From assembly GCF_000143415.4 (NCBI RefSeq), contig NW_003314335.1:340113-404112 (forward strand): 64,000 nucleotides of DNA, given 5' to 3'. Below the pieces are notes generated by a model. That model saw only the letters and a program-made list of their open reading frames with translations. It made no database searches and had not been told where the DNA came from. Shown piece after piece: positions 60,222 through 64,000 of the stretch; within the stretch, counting starts at the first letter, position 1; the number at the start of each line of letters is the position of its first letter. The translations under genes were made by a program, and so were the position numbers. Origin of the DNA: Selaginella moellendorffii. Taxonomy: Eukaryota > Plantae > Lycopodiophyta.

Positions 60222-61060
60222 ATGGCATCGGGCCTTCTCGGCTGCGCGGCGATTCCAAAGGCGGCGGTGGCGGCGGCTGGATCGTCCACCGCTTGCTGCG
60301 ATGTCAAGCTAGCCTGCGCGCCGGGAAGTTCGTGCTCCACCAGGGTACATTATGGGAATTTTGCGAATGCTGCCACCGTTTTGAGTGGGAGGCATCGATC
60401 CGGGCGTTGCGCTGCTGCCGCTGCTGCTGTGGGGAGGGATTCTAGCCGTGCCGCCACTAGCGAGGCTCAAGAAACAGCAAACTCAGGTACTCTAGCAAAT
60501 TCTAGCTCGCTAGAGCTTTCATTTCTTTCTATCACACTAGTATCACTGCTTCTACACACGGTGCTTCGAGATTGGCAATTTGGGACTAATCACTTGAAAC
60601 TCTATAGCATACACTTTCCACTGTTCACTTAGCTCCATCTTCCATTTGCTACAGTCTTAGCTCTTCTTTGAGGAAACCTTTTCTTTAGCTATAGTATTCT
60701 TCTGTGAGATCGCTTGATAATACGTCACAAATGTTTGATCCAGCTTGTGCAGTGAACGATTCGACGTTCCAGAAGCTTGTTCTGGAGAGTGATATTCCAG
60801 TTTTGGTCGACTTTTGGGCTCCTTGGTGCGGTCCATGCCGCATGATAGCCCCACTTATCGACGAGCTCGCCAGGCAATACGCAGGAAAGCTGAGATGCCT
60901 CAAGCTCAACACAGATGAATGCCCAAACCTGGCCACCGAGTATGGAATTCGCAGCATTCCAACTGTGATTATCTTTGTGGGAGGTGAGAAGAAGGATACC
61001 GTGATTGGTGCTGTTCCAAAGTCGAGCTTGACGTCCATGATTGATAAATACCTCAGCTAA
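60222..61060 (+). CDS. Plastid thioredoxin, m-type (exons 60222-60486, 60744-61060)
   Basis: Transit peptide exon. [53 protein letters not shown]. Confidence 0.93.
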
Positions 61061-61338
61061 GGCTTTTTACACTCTTCCTTTGTTTCTTTGCTTCCTTCAA
61101 ACAATTTAGAAGGTTTAGCTAACATATTCTGTATATACATGCTGACTTGGTGCATATACTGGTACTGCACCACCATTGCTCAGTTTTTGACCGTGATTTT
61201 CTTAAAAATTTATAGAAATACCATCCACAATAATCATGATTTCACCACTGCAAATAGTGTTATGACAAATGGTGGTAAAATCACAAATTAGTGATATCCC
61301 TATCCCACTTTTGTTGTTGGAGTAATCTTGAAATTGAG

Positions 61339-62308
61339 TCAGTCATTTTTCAGATTGCTATTACATTTTTTTACAGAAGGTGTGGACAAGGTGGCCGAGG
61401 AGCTCGCTCGCGTCGACAGGGTAGAAGGCTCGCTTCCACCGGCAGGAGCAATTGTAGGACTGCGAATGGTCGCGCCATGACTGCCGTATACGTGATCATC
61501 ACCAATCATATCATGTGCAGCTATGAGCTCCTGCAAGGCAAAGAAAAAAGAGTTTGGACACCACTCTCTCATGAACTCACAGTACCTCGAACATCTGGAG
61601 GGCGCCAGGCAATACATTCGTCGACTTCCATTCGATCCTGACCAAGCTGCTGCTTAAGCTGTCGTGGATTTATCTCAACCTCGCTAAGCTAGCGCAATCC
61701 GATCCTCGTAATCAAAGTTGTCCAGGAGAAACAAGAAAAGCTTCTGGTGGCGGTGCCAGCTAGAGCTTGACAGTCTCGTCGCGCGCGAGCCAAACGAGGG
61801 ATTGCTCGTTGCACCCGAGCTGAAGCAGCAGCCAGGAGTAGACTCGCTCCAGCAAGATCTTGGTCATGTCCAAGAGATCCAGTGAGTTAACTTAGGGTGT
61901 TCTGTCACGAGAGAAACGATCCATCACGCTCGCAGATCCTGGATAAAGTACTCTCCAAAGAAACGAGAGATCCAACTCTCCAAAACTTACGTGTTAGGCG
62001 TGCCAGTGTTTCCTCTTCCTGTCAGTCGTCGCAGCTGGAAAAGTCTAGAAGGATACCAGAACACTCACCTCGTCCAGACGTAGTTGCAGCATTGGAACTC
62101 GGACCAAAGTGGCAAATCCCATCCCCCGCTCTCGAAGCCTACAAGAAAGATCAGCATGGTGATGCTAGAAGAACGTACTCTACCCTAGCTTCTTGGCCAT
62201 GATTGTGCCAAGGGCCTCGAGGAATTTGTAGTGCTCCGTCCACCTGTCGCGCAACTTTGTGATGGTATATGGCTTGCGGATCTTCCTGACGGCATTGCTC
62301 TCCTGCAT
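61339..62308 (-). pseudogene. Chimeric spliced gene or pseudogene starting with a truncated REVEILLE/CCA1-type MYB
   Basis: Exon 62308-62184 encodes MQESNAVRKIRKPYTITKLRDRWTEHYKFLEALG. Downstream GT-AG exons are unrelated and lack SHAQKYF. 3' extent uncertain. Confidence 0.55.
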
Positions 62309-64000
62309 TTGGCGCTGCTGCTGCGCGATCGAACCTGGAAATATCCCCTAATCGTGCAAAGAACTGACCAATCGTGCAGAGATTTGTTAAGAGAGTAAAG
62401 CACCGACCAAGCGGAGCATAGATTTCGAGAACGCACAGATTTCGGCTGAGAACGCAACGCCGGACAGCAAGAACAGAGATACATTTTCATAACAAGACTT
62501 CGAATTTTACTATAAATGGGCAAATTACCATAACATATCAGGTTATTCTGGTGTCCCAAAATGCCCAATTCTGGCACTAGTGTACCAGTCATCCTACTTT
62601 ATATTGCTTTTATTTGTATAGTATTGCATATACCTTTTAATTAGTTAAGTGAACATTGTTAGCCAATAAGTATTCAATGAAGGACAAGTTTTTCTAACCA
62701 AATTTTTATGAGTATAAGAATAAATATATTAATTGGGGTTTAGACCCCTAATTATATACAAGAATGAATGGACCAAATTCAATCCAAATGGACAGTTTAT
62801 ATGCTTTAGTACTATAATTAGTGCATTACTTATATACGTACATGTATTTATAAACCTTATACCATCCTCCCCTCTAGAAAATGAAAAGGTGATGATAATA
62901 AGTTAGATGGAATATTTAAAGTTTCTGCTAGGCAATTATAAATTACCACAAAAAACTAAAACTTCCATAAAACCATCAACAAAGTTGCTAATAATCATGA
63001 TTGAAATAAAACTCAAAACTATGGCATAAGCATCATAGAATCTTGGTGAATCAATTGCAACTCCGTATATAACTCCCAAATGCTCAAACCAACCACATAA
63101 CTATAACTTTGAATCAAAGCAAGGGACTTTGAAAGTAGTCCATAAAATACCATTAATATAAGTTTGCCTATCAATAGGTTTTTAAGATCACCACTAACTC
63201 AAACTTAGGACCATAAATAGAACAACTATTGTCTTTGTTCAACACTACATATAAGAGGTCAGACTCATTTTATTTGTCTTCCATATCCTTCTTATCCCTT
63301 TTTGAAAGAAAAAAAGTTTTGAAGCATTAACTCCGTTCAAACTCATTGCATTTATCCTCACTCTGTTATCTATGTTTAACTTCACTTTATTATTGCATTT
63401 GTTCAGCTTTACTACATCGAGGTCGGATGTTCCATTCAAACTTGCTATACTCATCTTCACTCCACAATCCATATCATTCTTTCTCACTCCACTATTATAT
63501 TCATTCATCCTCATTTCATTGTCGAGGCTAGACTCCCGTCTATCCCCTTTACCCCCTCCTTAAAAAAAAAAAGTTTGAAATGTTAGAGTAGAAAGGAGAA
63601 AACAAGAAAAAGTGAAGAAAAACAATTATGGAAGAAGAAAAAGTGGATAAAGAAGCATTAGAAAAGGAATTTGTAACAACTAACAATACAGAAATGGAGA
63701 AATCAAAAGAAAGGCATATGCTCAAAATTTGGAAAATAAAGAACTTTCTATCATAAAATACTTCGACCACCACATAAGCAAAAGATTCACATTGCTCAAC
63801 CTCCTCAATACACAACTCGACATTTGAGATGGGAAAATTAATAATAACATTCACATGCTTAAAGGAATATATAAACTCCTTAACAACAATGATAAAGCAA
63901 AGGCTTTCAATGGCATTCACAAATAGGGATATGCATTCAACTTGAAACTTTAGCTAAAGTGATTTAACCCCTGGAATAGGGGAACTCAACAGTAGAACTA

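Noticed and set aside
62600-64000. AT-rich tail with short ORFs and decayed coding-like stretches
   Set aside because: No recognisable domain or termini within the window; likely the edge of another degenerate repeat.

Overview
Eukaryotic nuclear DNA from a compact land-plant genome. Very short GT-AG introns, tiny intergenic gaps and intronless PLS-PPR genes suggest the lycophyte Selaginella (inference). The window has three zones. (1) 1-6.7 kb is genic: a SET-domain gene cut by the window edge, a DUF1442-like methyltransferase fused to an ACT domain, an F-box/kelch gene and an unknown membrane protein. (2) ~6.9-50 kb is an accessory block, most of it bracketed by two AT-rich pseudogenes for a secreted protein with a bulb-type lectin domain. 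It holds a short-LTR Ty3/gypsy with a tRNA-Ala-type PBS and a multi-layer nest of LTR elements (TSDs GTTAC and TCCAT) inside an older gypsy integrase. It also holds the most notable item: a ~5.65-kb Penelope-like retroelement with a Naiad/Chlamys-type RT, no visible GIY-YIG endonuclease, an intron-containing upstream ORF ending in an RGG tail, and a duplicated, hairpin-rich 3' end carrying plant telomere motifs. Next to it is a gene with a PD-(D/E)xK/QxxxY nuclease-like motif. (3) 50.2-62.3 kb is an extremely dense housekeeping cluster: PPR, TIM22, anthranilate phosphoribosyltransferase, GCK-domain protein, PPR, BRX1, NDUFS4, thioredoxin m and a truncated REVEILLE-type MYB. Two assembly gaps (16600-16849, 29375-29474) limit interpretation of the nest. 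All calls were made by eye; no database searches were run.
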